From Camelus dromedarius (lineage: Eukaryota): a stretch of 64,000 nucleotides of DNA. The DNA lies in the NCBI RefSeq assembly GCF_036321535.1, contig NC_087436.1, positions 7,502,001-7,566,000 on the forward strand. Reading direction: 5' to 3'. The notes below the pieces were generated by a model. It searched no databases. It saw only the letters and a program-made list of their open reading frames with translations, and had not been told where the DNA came from. Positions 24,608-37,380 of the stretch are shown here, in pieces (position 1 is the first letter of the stretch; each line of letters starts with the position of its first letter). The translations under genes were made by a program, and so were the position numbers.

Positions 24608-24773
24608 CTTTTTTTTTAATTTAAAAAAATTTTTTCTTTTAATTTTTTTTTTGGCAGGGGGAGGTTATTAGGTTTATCTGTGTATTTATTTTCAGAGGAG
24701 GCACTGGGGATTGAACCCAGGACCTCGTGCATGCTAAGCATGCGCTCCACCACTTGAGCTATACCCTCCTCCC
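24608..24773 (-). mobile_element. full-length Vic-1-like tRNA-derived SINE
   Basis: Minus strand reads ggagggtatagctcaagtggtggagcgcatgcttagcatgcacgaggtcctgggttcaatccccagt (A and B boxes) plus A tail; TSD tttcctgattt (24597-24607, 24776-24786). Confidence 0.9.
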
Positions 24774-25510
24774 TGTTTCCTGATTTTAACTTTTAGAATT
24801 CCACTTCTCAGTAAAGCTGGTATAGCCTTTTTTGTCATTTATAAATTCACATTTGTTCTTTGATAAACAAGAGAGTCAAGCGTTTCAATCCGTGTTTGAC
24901 TAAAACTCATGGAAATATTTTGGGAATGTGCATATAGCCAAAACTGATCATGATTATCAATAGTGAAAATTTAGAGAATATTTTACATCCTTGAATCCTA
25001 AACAGACTAATCTATGAATATTTTAGCCATCATTTTTAGTTGTATACTTACATCCTGCAAATGGCCATGATACTTGATGTGTGAGCCGTAAGATTATTTT
25101 ACATATTGACAGATACCTGCTTTGCATGGACTAGAAACAAGAACTTACTGAATTGCCTAAAACCGCAGTCTGGCTGGCTGCTCCAGCCTTGTTTAAGGGG
25201 TTCAGCTCACCATTAGGGCATATTTCATTCATTTCCTGCTGGTCTCTCTCCAGGTTTTTCTCCCCGAAAGTTGCTCTTTGTATTCCTTGTTGTCATCCAT
25301 TTTCTAAACACATCCAGCTGAAGAGGACTCAATCGCAGTGAACTGTCAGTGTTGATGGCCTGGCTGCCTTCCAGGCTCTTCTTGCTGGGGATCTTGTCGG
25401 ATCATTACATGCTGATTATAGTTTATTGATGATGCCCATGAAACTGCCTAACAGGCCAGATGTAGCATCGCTGAGCAGTGGAAGCCTCACAGCTGGTTAG
25501 TATGTTGTGA

Positions 25511-25615
25511 ATCCCTTCTGCTTCCTACACTGCATGATGCTGTATCAGTGACACGGTACCTGCATCCCTTCTGCTTCCTGCACTGCATGATGCTGTATCA
25601 GTGACACGGTACCTG
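25511..25615. repeat. tandem duplication, 53-bp period, 2 copies
   Basis: atcccttctgcttcct(a/g)cactgc...ggtacctg repeated; 1 internal mismatch. Confidence 0.95.
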
Positions 25616-25863
25616 ATAACCCCCCGAAGGACGTGTGCTGCTTGATGGACCTACTTTTCCGTCTCTAGATGCTTCAGTCCACATTGTTGCCCAAGTAGAA
25701 ACTCAGTAACTTTGTGTACTCACTGGTGTTTCTCCTTCCTGTAATATAATGGTTTTTTTTTTCCCAATCTTTTCTGATGATATACATTTTTGAAGAATAT
25801 TTTCATGGTTGAAAGTTGGTATATGAGTAAATTAAAAATTGGAATCCTTGAATCTTTGGGCTG

Positions 25864-25973
25864 TGGTAAGGATGGATATGTACGGGTTAAACTTAGAGAT
25901 ACCTTCTGTTTATTTTATGGTAAGTATGGATATGTACGGGTTAAACTTAGAGATACCTTCTGTTTATTTTATG
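25864..25973. repeat. tandem duplication, 54-bp period, 2 copies
   Basis: tggtaag(g/t)atggatatg...tttatttta repeated; 1 mismatch. Confidence 0.95.
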
Positions 25974-26244
25974 TGTATCACACAATTCCAGGAAGATTAT
26001 AACCATAAATAATCCAATTTGATCAAGACACAGAATTTCTTACAAAGATTTTTTGAAATTTTATTTCACTTATAAAACTGAGGCAATGCTAATATTGTCT
26101 GAAACCTCAAGAACTATTTAGATGCTTCTGTTAACAAATTTTTACTGCGTGCCACTTAAGGTTTATGTAAATACTAGAAATAATTGCAAGACAACAGGTG
26201 AACTCCAAAATAGACAAAGTAACACTTACATGAGTTTATATATG

Positions 26245-26385
26245 CAATATCTTGCAATAACTTTTGATGAAAAAGAATATGAAAACAATGATATGTATGT
26301 ATATGCATGACTGGGACAGTATGCCGTGCACCAGAAATTGACATATTGTTACTGATGGTACTTCAATTAAAAAGAAAAAAGAATT
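26245..26385 (+). mobile_element. L1 3' UTR fragment
   Basis: gaaaaagaatatgaaaa...caccagaaattgac...tacttcaattaaaaag. Confidence 0.75.
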
Positions 26386-26550
26386 ACTAAACTAACACGT
26401 ACTTTCTTAACATTCAACTTCCGCTTAACATGGCATGCTTATCTTGTATTCTACTATTTGGGAACACAGTGATACTACATGATTGTTGAATCACATACAT
26501 CTTGGAAGGAGAACCACTGGCATAGGTGATTTGTGCAGTAAATTAGTTCC

Positions 26551-26569
26551 TGACCACTAGGTGGGGCAA
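26551..26569 (+). promoter_or_regulatory. CTCF-like motif
   Basis: tgaCCACTAGGTGGGGCaa; one mismatch to CCACTAGGTGGCGC. Confidence 0.4.
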
Positions 26570-28841
26570 TGAAACCTCTTGCATTACTACCAGAGCTCTT
26601 GCAAACATTTGCTTTCCTTGAATGGAAAATTTTTTCCTTGGAAATTGGCTAGTCTTTTTTTCCTCCTACATTTAACCCCATCTCCTACTGATGATTAAAA
26701 AAATGCTCGAGTCTCTGTAATAATGACAAAGCAACATTAAGGTAATGACATGGAAGTGTCATCATTACATTATGTTCCAGGAAGGAAATGGCTGTGTTGC
26801 CAAGGTCATTTTACAGTTAATTCAGACTCTCCTCTCATAGGAATAGGTTCACATGGTGGCATACTAACATTTCTTCCTTTCTTTCTTTTTCTATTTATTG
26901 GTCCAAGACACAACTCAGTAACTTCATCTATTTGGCTTGTAGACCCTAGATTGCTTCCAGGACTTAGGAGGCTATGAAAATGTGATTACATTTGGAGTGA
27001 GTCTAGAAACCACTATCAGTGTAATGAGCACATAAAATAATTTTTCTTTTCATTTTATCAGTTCCCCATCAAGATTACCTTCGGGAATAATCTGCAGGAC
27101 CTTGTGACTCTGGAGGAATGCAGGTCGACCCTGAAAAATGATTAGCATTGCCTATGAGAAAACTGAGTACAACTGCATTGTTGTTACTTAATGTTTATCT
27201 TTACTTTAAAGGAAAGATTTATTTCCTTGTAATTGAAAAGCAATCATTTCACTCTTTTGGCTTTCACCTATTATAACCAGCCAAAGAGAAGAAATTCAAT
27301 TTTCCTGAATATTTCCATGGAGGAGAATAGAATGCACAAAGTAGCCATTCAATAAGAACTTATTATATACATGAAAGATTCAAGATAAGATGATTATATT
27401 TTATATTATGGAATCAGTGCAATTTCATTTGTGTCTATGATTATTGTCCAGATTTTAATTTATTAATTTATCATATAACTTCAAATAACAACTACTTTTT
27501 AAATATTTAGAGGTGATATTCCATATTTAAGACAGATTTGGGGATACTGAAATAGTAACTTAAAATCCAAGGACTGCTGTGTCTCCCCTTGATTCAGGTA
27601 TTTAAATGAGAGATTCATAGACAAGTCATTTTAATCAAAGGTCTTTCTTTTGAATCTAAGGTCAAATAGAAATTGGTAAATGGGCAGAGGAAGCTAATTG
27701 TCAGTCAAATATTTTTGATGAAGAATATTTGTGAAGAAAGACATCCTTTATAATTAGATTAATGCATTTGGTTGATTCTTATTTTGTGGTTGGCTTTAGT
27801 CCTTTGATAACTATGCAAGTTTCATCTGTTCTTTGAAACAATGATCAGTACATATATGTAAACTAAAAAAATGTGTGTAGTATATTGCATATATGTATTC
27901 ACATGCAATATAATGTATATGTGCAGTCAAAATGTAATCATTCTACCTAATAAAACTGAAAAAAGAAAAAAAATGAAAGACATAATCAGAAGGCTTTTTA
28001 AAAAGACAAGTTAAATGTTTTTGATAGAGTAGGGGCATAAAATAGAAGGCTGCCTCACACAGCTCTTTGCTTCTAAAATGATGCAGTCCTGCAAAACCAT
28101 AGATAAAGAATCAACTATTAATCTCTGTTGGCATTCAAGCCAACCTGATACAAATATAGGAGTTAAAATGAGTCGATTTTACTTCTGAGAGTAAATACAA
28201 CCTCCATTTCCTTTCAGCCTGTAAAAGGCTTCCAAGAAATGTGATGAGACCTGGTCTCACACAAAAGAAAAACATTAAAATATATGTTTCATTTGCAAAA
28301 TGAAACTCACATACTCTCCTGAGTCTGATAGCAGGACAAATTCATAACAGCACATTCAGAAAGCACAAAAGTTGCAAATGAAAAAATAAGAATTCCCCAT
28401 AATTCTATCACGCAACCAAAACAACTTTCAGAGTTTTATTTATGTATTTGTACACTTGTGGGATCGTACTGAACATATTTCTCTGGTTTGCCTTTGCTTT
28501 TTTCATGTAATATGTAGAGAGCTTTCTTAAGATCACTAATCTACCTTCTAAAACATGATTTTAACAGCTGCAAAGAATTCTATTATATAATTATACAACA
28601 ATAATCGACCAGGTACTCATAGTAGATGACTTCTTAAGACTGACTATGATAATTTTTTGTGAGTTGATAAATGGTGAAAGGCTGTCTCAGAACACCATTT
28701 TATAATTATCATATAATGCTCACACAGTAAGAGACTTGTGTGTATTAAATACTCATCTCTATATTTCATTACTGTTTTTTAATATATAAAAAGGGAAACC
28801 TTGTATAGTACACTGTAGTTCTTCTATTGAAAAAATTTGGA

Positions 28842-31356
28842 GAACATAGACGCCAAAATCCTCACCAAAATTTTAGCAAATAGAATCCAACAACACATAA
28901 AAAAGATTATACATCATGACCAAGTGGGGTTCATCCCAGGGACACAAGGCTGGTTCAACATACGCAAATCAATCAATGTAATACATCACATCAACAAGAG
29001 AAAGGCCAAAAACCACATGATCATCTCAATCGATGCAGAAAAAGCATTTGATAAAATTCAACACCCATTTATGATAAAAACTCTCGCCAAAGTGGGTATA
29101 GAGGGAACATATCTCAACATAATAAAAGCTATATATGACAGACCTACAGCCAGCATAGTACTCAACGGTGAAAAACTCAAAAGCTTCCCACTAAAATCTG
29201 GGACAAGACAAGGATGCCCACTATCACCACTCCTATTCAACATAGTCCTGGAAGTCCTAGCCACAGCAGTCAGGCAAGAGAAAGAAATAAAAGGGATCCA
29301 AATTGGAAAAGAAGAGGTAAAAGTGTCATTATATGCTGATGACATGCTACTATATATAGAAAACCCTAAAAGGTCCACACAAAAACTACTAGAGCTGATT
29401 GAAGAATTCAGCAAGGTAGCAGGTTACAAAATTAACGTTCAAAAATCAGTTGCATTTCTTTACACTAATGATAAATCAACAGAAGAAGAAAGTAAAGAAA
29501 CAATCCCCTTTAAAATAGCACCCAAAGTAATAAAATATCTGGGAATAAATCTAACCAAGGAGGTGAAAGAATTATACACAGAAAACTATAAACCATTGAT
29601 GAAGGAAATTAAAGAAGACTTTAAAAAATGGAAAGATATTCCATGCTCTTGGATTGGAAGAATCAATATTGTTAAAATGGTCACACTGCCCAAGGCAATC
29701 TACAGATTTAATGCAATCCCTATCCAATTACCCAGGACATATTTCACAGAACTAGAACAAAACATAATAAAATTTATATGGAACCATCAAAGACCTAGAA
29801 TTGCCAAAGCATTACTGAAGAGAAAGAAAGAGGCTGGAGGAATAACTCTCCCAGACTTCAGACAATACTGTAGAGCTACAGTCATCAAGACAGCATGGTA
29901 TTGGTACCAAAACAGACATATAGACCAATGGAACAGAATAGAGAGCCCAGAAATGAACCCGCAAACTTTTGGTCAACTCATCTTTGACAAAGGAGGCAAG
30001 AATATACATTGGAATAAAGACAGTCTCTTCAGCAAATGGTGTTGGGAAAACTGGACAGCAGCATGTAAAACAATGAAGCTAAAACACTCCCTTACACCAT
30101 ATACAAAAATCAACTCAAAATGGATTAAAGACTTAACCATAAGACAAGATACAATAAACCTCCTAGAGGAAAACATAGGCAAAACATTATCTGACATACA
30201 TTTCAAAAATTTTCTCCTAGAAGAAATAAAAGCAAGAATAAACAAATGGGACCTAATGAAACTTACAAGCTTCTGCACAGCAAAGGAAACCATAAGTAAA
30301 ACAAGAAGACAACCTACGGAATGGGAGAACATTTTTGCAAGTGAAACCGACAAAGGCTTGATCTCCAGAATATATAAGCAGCTCATACGACTCAATAAGA
30401 AAAAAATAAACAACCCAATCCAAAAATGGGCAGAAGACCTAAACAAGCAATTCTCCAAGGAAGACATACAAATGATCAAAAAGCACATGAAAAAATGCTC
30501 AATATCACTAATTATCAGAGAAATGCAAATCAAAACTACAATGAGGTATCACCTCACACCAGTCAGAATGGCCGTCATTCAAAAATCTACAAATGACAAA
30601 TGCTGGAGAGGCTGTGGAGAAAGGGGAACCCTCCTACACTGCTGGTGGGAATGCAGTTTGGTGCAGCCACTATGGAAAACAGTGTGGAGATTCCTCAAAA
30701 GACTAGGAATAGACTTACCATATGACCCAGGAATCCCACTCCTGGGCTTGTATCCAGAAGGAAATCTACTTCAGGATGACACCTGCACCCCAATGTTCAT
30801 AGCAGCACTATTTACAATAGCCAAAACATGGAAACAGCCTAAATGTCCATCAACAGGTGACTGGATAAAGAAGAGGTGGTATGTTTATACAATGGAATAC
30901 TACTCAGCCAGAAAAACCGACAACATAATGCCATTTGCAGCAACATGGATGCTCCTGGAGAATGTCATTCTAAGTGAAGTAAGCCAGAAAGAGAAAGAAA
31001 AATACTATATGAGATCACTCATATGTGGAATCTAAAAAACAAAAACAAAAACAAACAAACAAAAACAAAGCGTAAATACAGGACAGAAATAGACTCACAG
31101 ACAGAGAATACAGACTTGTAGTTACCAGATCGGTGGAGGGTGGGAAGGGATAGACTGGGATTTCAAAATTGTAGAATAGATAAACAAGATTACACTGTAT
31201 AGCACAGGGAAATATACACAAAATGTTATGATAACTCACAGAGAAAAAAATGTGACAATGCGTGTGTATATGTCGATGAATGACTGAAAAACTGTGCTGA
31301 ACACTGGAATTTGACACAACATTGTAAAATGTTTATAAATCAATAAAAAATGTTAA
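28842..31356 (+). mobile_element. young 5'-truncated LINE-1
   Basis: 12-bp TSD aaaaaatttgga (28830-28841, 31357-31368); ORF2 3' portion, 3'UTR, AATAAA at 31342 and short A-rich tail. Confidence 0.97.
28843..31035 (+). pseudogene. L1 ORF2p C-terminal ~730 aa (RT and C-terminal cysteine-rich domain), uninterrupted but lacking the endonuclease and start codon
   Basis: [39 protein letters not shown]. The ORF-track start (TTG at 28837) lies in the TSD. Confidence 0.95.
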
Positions 31357-31854
31357 AAAAAATTTGGAAAAGACAGGGGCAGGTGAAGGGTTTGTTCAGT
31401 TGTGTTTTTCAAAGGATCAGCAGGGATATAAAAAGAAAGGTCTATCTATACTGTCTAAGGTGCCTGAACTCCTGACTTCTGAGAAGACCCTAAACACAAA
31501 ATACAATGCCCAGCGCAACTACATCTGTGATCCACGTCAAGTCAGGGTATGTTACAGCAGTGAGAAAAAGAATGTCAGAGCACGGATGTCATCGCAGTAG
31601 GCCTGCTGACCGGAAGCATTTTATTAATTTCCTCTGGCCATAAACTCCACCTAAAATCCCATTTGTTGCTAAGCTCCCATAAACCTAGCTTCTTTCTCTA
31701 GAAAACACAATGAAATAATGACAAAAGTGGTATTGTGCTCAGCAACACAATATTGCCAAGCAACTGTCATTAGCTGATTTCCTTATGAAACTATTCTGTG
31801 ATTTTCAACAGGGAAATTTCAGATACACACACACATGCATATATACATATACTA

Positions 31855-33900
31855 CTTTTTATTTTAAAATAATTTCGAACTTAGGGGAAAGTTGGAAAGA
31901 TTAGTACAAAGGGAAAATACTCATAACCCAGTTTCCACAACTGATGACATTTCACCACGCTTGTTTTATTAGGTTTTCCAGGTACCTACCTTCCTACTTG
32001 TCTATGAATCTGTCAGGAACATCACCTGGGTGATGAGATGTTCTTATCACTATATTTATCTGATAGGCGATTACAGTATCAATGTTCTTATACTTATTAC
32101 TGGCGATTTTAACTCTGATCACTTCTTGTTGTTGAGTACACTTTTATATTAATTTTGACAAATGTTCAGAGTCATGTATCTACAACCAAAGTCATGCTAC
32201 AGGTCAGTGCCATCAAATCAAAAAATTTCTTTATGCCTCTTCTTTGTAGTCAACCCCTTCCCCCACCTTGAACTCCTAGCCAAGTTTGTAGTCTTGTTTA
32301 AAAATATATTTTACTGAAGTATAGTCAGTTTACAATGTGTTAATTTCTGGTGTACAGCAGTCATATAGAAACATATGTACATTTGTTTTCATATTCTTTT
32401 TCACCGTAAGTTACTAGAAGATATTGAATGTAGTTCCCTGTGCTATACAGTAGAAACTTGTTTATCTATTTTATATATATTAGTATCTGCAAATCTTGAA
32501 CTCCCAATTTATCTCTTCCCACCCCTTTCCCCCGCTGGTAACCATAAGTTTATTTTCTATGTCTGTGAATCTGGTTCTGTTTTGTAAATAAGTTATTTTG
32601 TCTTTTTTTTTTTTTAAGATTCCACATATTAGTGATATCATATGATATTTTTCTTTCTCTTTCTGACTTACTTCACTTAGAATGACATTTTCTAGGTCCA
32701 TTTATGTCGTCTTTTGATTTGACCTTTTTTCAGTTAGCAAAACAGCATTTGAGATTTACCCATATTGTTGCATGTAGCAGTAAGTTTTTCTTTTTTTTTA
32801 AGTTTTATTGCTGAATAGTATTCCTCTGTGTGGCCGTACTACAGTTTATCTGTTCAGTGGTTGAAGATCATTTGGGCTCTTTCCAATGTTTTGTGATTAT
32901 GGATAAAGTTGCTAAAAGCATCTATGTACAGGTGTTTGTGTGAAAAGACATTTTCTCTCCTTTGGAGGGAGGCAGGATTTCTGGGTCGCATGGTTTGGTG
33001 TGTTTACCTTTACAAGAAACTGTTCCTGCTTTCCAAAGTGACCATTTTGCAATGTGTGAATGTTCGAGCTGCACTGTATCCTTATCTGGTCACTTGATTA
33101 AAATGATGTCTTCCAGGTAAAGTTACTATTTTTCCTTTGAAATGAATAACTACTTTGCATTTTGTGGGAAGACACTGTGAGAATATGTGAATTTAGCTTT
33201 CCTCGTCAAACCTTTGCCCAGTAGTTTTAGCATCCATTGAGGATTCCTGCCTGAAACAGTTGTTACTGTTTTTTTTCAAAGATTTTTCCAAAATGGTGGT
33301 TTTCTAATTCCATCATTCTTTACATAAAATACCAACAACACTGCCACTCTGTTTTGATGCTCAAATTTCTGCAGATCTGACCAGTGGCACAACTTTAACC
33401 TGGTTTCAGTGTAATTTTTGATGTTTTCCCCATCATTCTTGGACAACTCCCTTATTTTCCATCACAGCAATGTTTTCCAAGCTTATTTGTGTTTTTCCTG
33501 CCCCGGTCCCTGATTAAGCCATTTCTCTAATGAGCCTGGTTTCTATTAGTGGAGGAAGGTATTTAGAAACCAAGAAATAATATGTTAAGTGTGATTATTG
33601 ATACTGACTTCACTATTTCCAGTCAGTGGCTAATTTAACTGAACTAGGAAAAAATAGTGTATATGTGGTATATGTGTATGTATATGCACATATATATGTG
33701 CAGACACTTGCATAAATGCATTCACATCCACGTTTCTCTCTCACTTAAATTCACAGCAATGCCTAAGTTCATCGCCATGCCTCCAGTTCCAGTCCATGTC
33801 CACAGTATGCATTCCAGCTTTTCTCCATGGAGTATTTGTGAGTCCCTTTTCTGACAATGAGAAACCTGACTTTCATTTGCTTGCTTGTCAATACCTTTGA
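31855..33900 (-). mobile_element. composite of old L1 3'-end fragments
   Basis: Reverse L1M-type 3' text (ttttattttaaaataatttc..., gatttacccatattgttgcatg); nested and approximate. Confidence 0.5.
32300..32712 (-). mobile_element. younger L1 3' end (ORF2 C-terminus and 3'UTR)
   Basis: ORF 32480..32701 reads [27 protein letters not shown], nearly identical to the end of the 28843-31035 ORF2. Confidence 0.9.
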
Positions 33901-35299
33901 AATTAATCCATTTAAATGACGCCTTAGAGCTGCTGCCCAAAACCTAGCTGTCATCTTGCAAGGGAGCCTAACTCCCTTGGCGGCTCCGACAAGTACTAGA
34001 GAAGGAGAAAGACAAGGAAAAGAATAAAGTGAAAGGTCTTTAATGGCCTTTGAACTAAGTTACCCAAAGAAGGGAGGAAGGGAGGAAAGAAAGAAAGGGT
34101 ATCTTTATATTTAATGGATAAATACTTCTGTTGGAAAAAAACCCTTTACTTTCAGCTTTTCTTTGAGTGAGTGGTTTTATTTCAATCAAACTAGATATAC
34201 GACATTTGAAAAAAAAACTTCTCAAAGAGTGAGATTCAGGTCTTTGATGAATAATGAAGGCCAATGTCATGTGAAATGATCTGAGAATGCATGCACTACA
34301 TCTTCAAGTCATGATTTTTTCCTTTACAATTTGATCAGAGCTGCATAAAACTCTAGGGGTAGATAGCTGGCATATCCAGGATTATCCTGAATTCATTTTG
34401 ATGTGGTCAGTTTTGTTTAAATAATATTCAAACATTAATGTTAACAACCCAGAATATAGACTTTTGATTATTTTTGTGTTCTATTCACTCAGGAATATGA
34501 GTTTCTTTCGCAGAGCTGCAAAGACATCCAGAGCGTTATCTGATTATCAGCTGATAGAACAGAATGAAATTAAAGCTGTCTTCTCTATTGCCTAAAAACT
34601 ATATGAAATGGAATTAAAACATAATAACTGAAGTGCCAACTTTTGACCATTCAGCAGAGTTGTTTACCAAATTCTTCAGTGGCACAAAGGGGTTGAAAGC
34701 AAAGAAAGAGGGATGGAAACACAAAAACCATAATGTAAATTGAACACTGTTTTGTAAGAATGTGGCACACAGGACTGAGTTATGTCAAGGAAAGAAAACT
34801 GCTTTGCAGTCAAATTAAGTTATTGACATTATGTTAGAAGGATGCAATGAATGGGATGCAGGCTTGCATTCATTACCTTTTCTAGCCTGTTTACTTACAG
34901 AGATTCGGTCACAAATGATCTTACATCTCCTTGCACTGTTATTAACATTTCAAGCGAAGAAGATTGAATGCCAGGCAGTGGTATTGTCATGCAGCTTTGA
35001 AACTGACAAAATTTACTTATGGAAAAAACTATATATTGAATGCCTACTATGTGGCAGGCATTGTTCTTGTTCCTTGCAGGCTGTTGTTAGATGTTCAACT
35101 GAGTGCTGGCAACATATTTTTAATAATATTTTGGAATATATGGCATATTATTTTAGGGTCCAAACCCAAATTAAGAAATAAAAATTACATTTTAAACACT
35201 TGGTTACAAATATTTTCTACCAATTTCCTCCTATGAGAGATGAAAATATAACTCTTTTCCTCATCTCTTGTTTTCACATATTTCCTTTGCCTCCATCCT

Positions 35300-37380
35300 C
35301 CAAAAAGAGTCACATCACGTTATGGGTTGAGTTGGTATTTAGTATATACCTTATTGTGATTATAAATATTTAAAGCCAAGTCACAAATTTACAGCTTTTT
35401 TCAGTCCATGGAGTTTTTCTCTTATTGGCATTTTTTTCTCTTTAAAATTGTTTATGTGCATACGACTAATTCTAAAAAAGTCAAACTAAGCCGCAAATAT
35501 TGCTTTAATATGTTCAAAAAACCAGGAAAAGTATTCATTTTCTTTTGTGGAGAAAACTCCTTTAGATCCTTTATGTTCACACACCTGGACTGCTCTCTGT
35601 TCAGCCGGCTCCAAAGCTGTGCCCCGGGATCTCCATCCATCACGTTCGTTGGGATTCTTACCTTTCTTCTGCACGTTGTGAAGCTTGACTGCTTTTTCTT
35701 GGTTTACTCACTGATTTTGTGAGTGAAAGGGAAGTTTACCTGTGAGATCTTGTGGTCTGAAGATGCCTTTTTTCAACCTTCACACTTGAGTGCTGGTAGA
35801 ATTGTAAAGGCTTTGCTCCACTGTCTTCTGGTTGCAGTGTGCTTTAAATCCTTCGATGGTGTCCTAGTTCCTGGTCCTTTGCGTGGTCCTCTCTCTTTTC
35901 CCACTGATCGTGGTGGTCACTGAGTGGGCCCTGCCTTTCCATCCTGGCTGCTCATGTCTTCAGCTCTGGGAAATGATCTTATAACTTCCTGGATAATGCC
36001 CCCTCCCATTTGCTCTTCTCTTTCCTGCTTCCAGTTTCTCCTTCCTTTTCTAAAACACCTAACCCATTTGAACATCTTCAACATGTCCTCTCTCTCTCTT
36101 TTTTTAATCTTTTCTCTCCAATTTCTCATCTTTTTGTCTTTTTTGCTTCTAATATCTAGGAAATTTCCTTGACTTTTAAATTCGATAACTTCTGTTGAAT
36201 TTGTATTTATTTTATGAGATCAGTGTATCTCAGGAACTGGTTTTTGAATATTCTCATTTAAAACAAAGAAATAAAAAGCAACCAGTGTCTTTCTCTCTTT
36301 TAAAAAAAATTTTTTTTAAGGTAATGTCTTATTATTTGTCATTTTTTTTTTTTTTTTGGAGGGGGAGGTAATTAGATTTATTTATTTATTTATTTTAATG
36401 GTGGTACTTGAGATTGAGCCCAGGACTTTGTGCATGCTAAGCATGCACTCTGCCACTGAGCTCTACCCTCCTCCCCCAGTGTCTTTCTCTTATATACAAC
36501 TTATCATCTCTTATTTGAAGATCTTAGTTTATTTTCTATCACTTCCTAGATTGTTTCTGTTTCCTCTGAGTTCCTTTATTTTACTTCAGTTTCTTTTTAG
36601 AATGACCATTTTTTCAAACCTGTGTGATCCTCTTTTCTGTTCATCCTTAAGCTCGAAGCACTAAACTGCTTTTTGGAAATTCTGTTTATGCAGGTGATCT
36701 GTAATTTGTAGTCCTATGGACTTTATGATAGTCTTAGCAGTAAGGAGTCTGCCAGTTTGATGGGAGTAACCCAAATGTGAACATCTGTGCATCTTTTCTT
36801 TGAGGCAAGTCAGTTTTCCTAGAAAGTTTTCTCTCAGTTTCCTGCCTGTACAGGTGTAATGTAGCTCCCAGCATTACTGGAGTACATTTGTTAAGGTAGA
36901 TTCTGGTTTTCAATGTTCAGTAGGTCAATGTCCACTTAATCCCATGCTTTTGAGTACAGCATCCAATCTGACTCCATCCTTTCGTCTCAGAGTCGAGTCC
37001 ATCCACTTCAAATTCTTCAGAGAGAGATGCTCTAGTCTTCTACTATGGTGGTGAAAGGTGATGGATGAAGGTTTCTTGGGCATCTAACCACTGCCTAGAA
37101 AGACTTTCAGACAGTCCTCCAGCTCTTAGTAGCATCTAGAAGACTGTGTTCAGAGATATTTAGAAGTCAGCTTTGATTAGTCAACTGTCTGTTACCACTC
37201 ACATCCACTTTTGAGCCTTCAAGTTTTGTTGATATATCCTTTCCACTGTCATATCTTGGACTCTCATCTTTCTCTTTGCAGATTGTTTCTTTCATTCCTT
37301 TACTGTATTAACAGTACAGTTTTGAACAGAAAGAAACACATCATTTAATCTATCATGTTCTATGGAAGCCTCAAGTTTTT
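35300..37380 (-). mobile_element. ancient L1 (ORF1/5' region) remnant
   Basis: T-rich reverse L1 ORF1-like text (ctccactgtcttctgg..., cccatttgaacatctt); recalled similarity only. Confidence 0.45.
36297..36475 (-). mobile_element. Vic-1-like SINE with extended 3' tail
   Basis: SINE body 36358-36475; 15-bp TSD ccagtgtctttctct (36282-36296, 36476-36490). Confidence 0.9.

Noticed and set aside
24700..24773. tRNA-Ala-like gene
   Set aside because: It is the tRNA-derived head of a SINE with a tail and TSD; similar copies lie near 36400 and 42930.
25511..25973. CRISPR-like repeats
   Set aside because: Two unrelated two-copy duplications with no spacers, in a mammalian context.
29058..30533. Minus-strand hydrophobic ORFs (118, 65 and 186 aa)
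   Set aside because: Antisense shadows of A-rich L1 ORF2.
28837..31035. 732-aa ORF as a host gene or autonomous L1
   Set aside because: The start codon is a TTG inside the TSD; this is a 5'-truncated ORF2 without endonuclease, ORF1 or promoter.
34492..34595. Short ORF MSFFRRAAKTSRALSDYQLIEQNEIKAVFSIA after an AG
   Set aside because: Too short and unrecognised; expected by chance.
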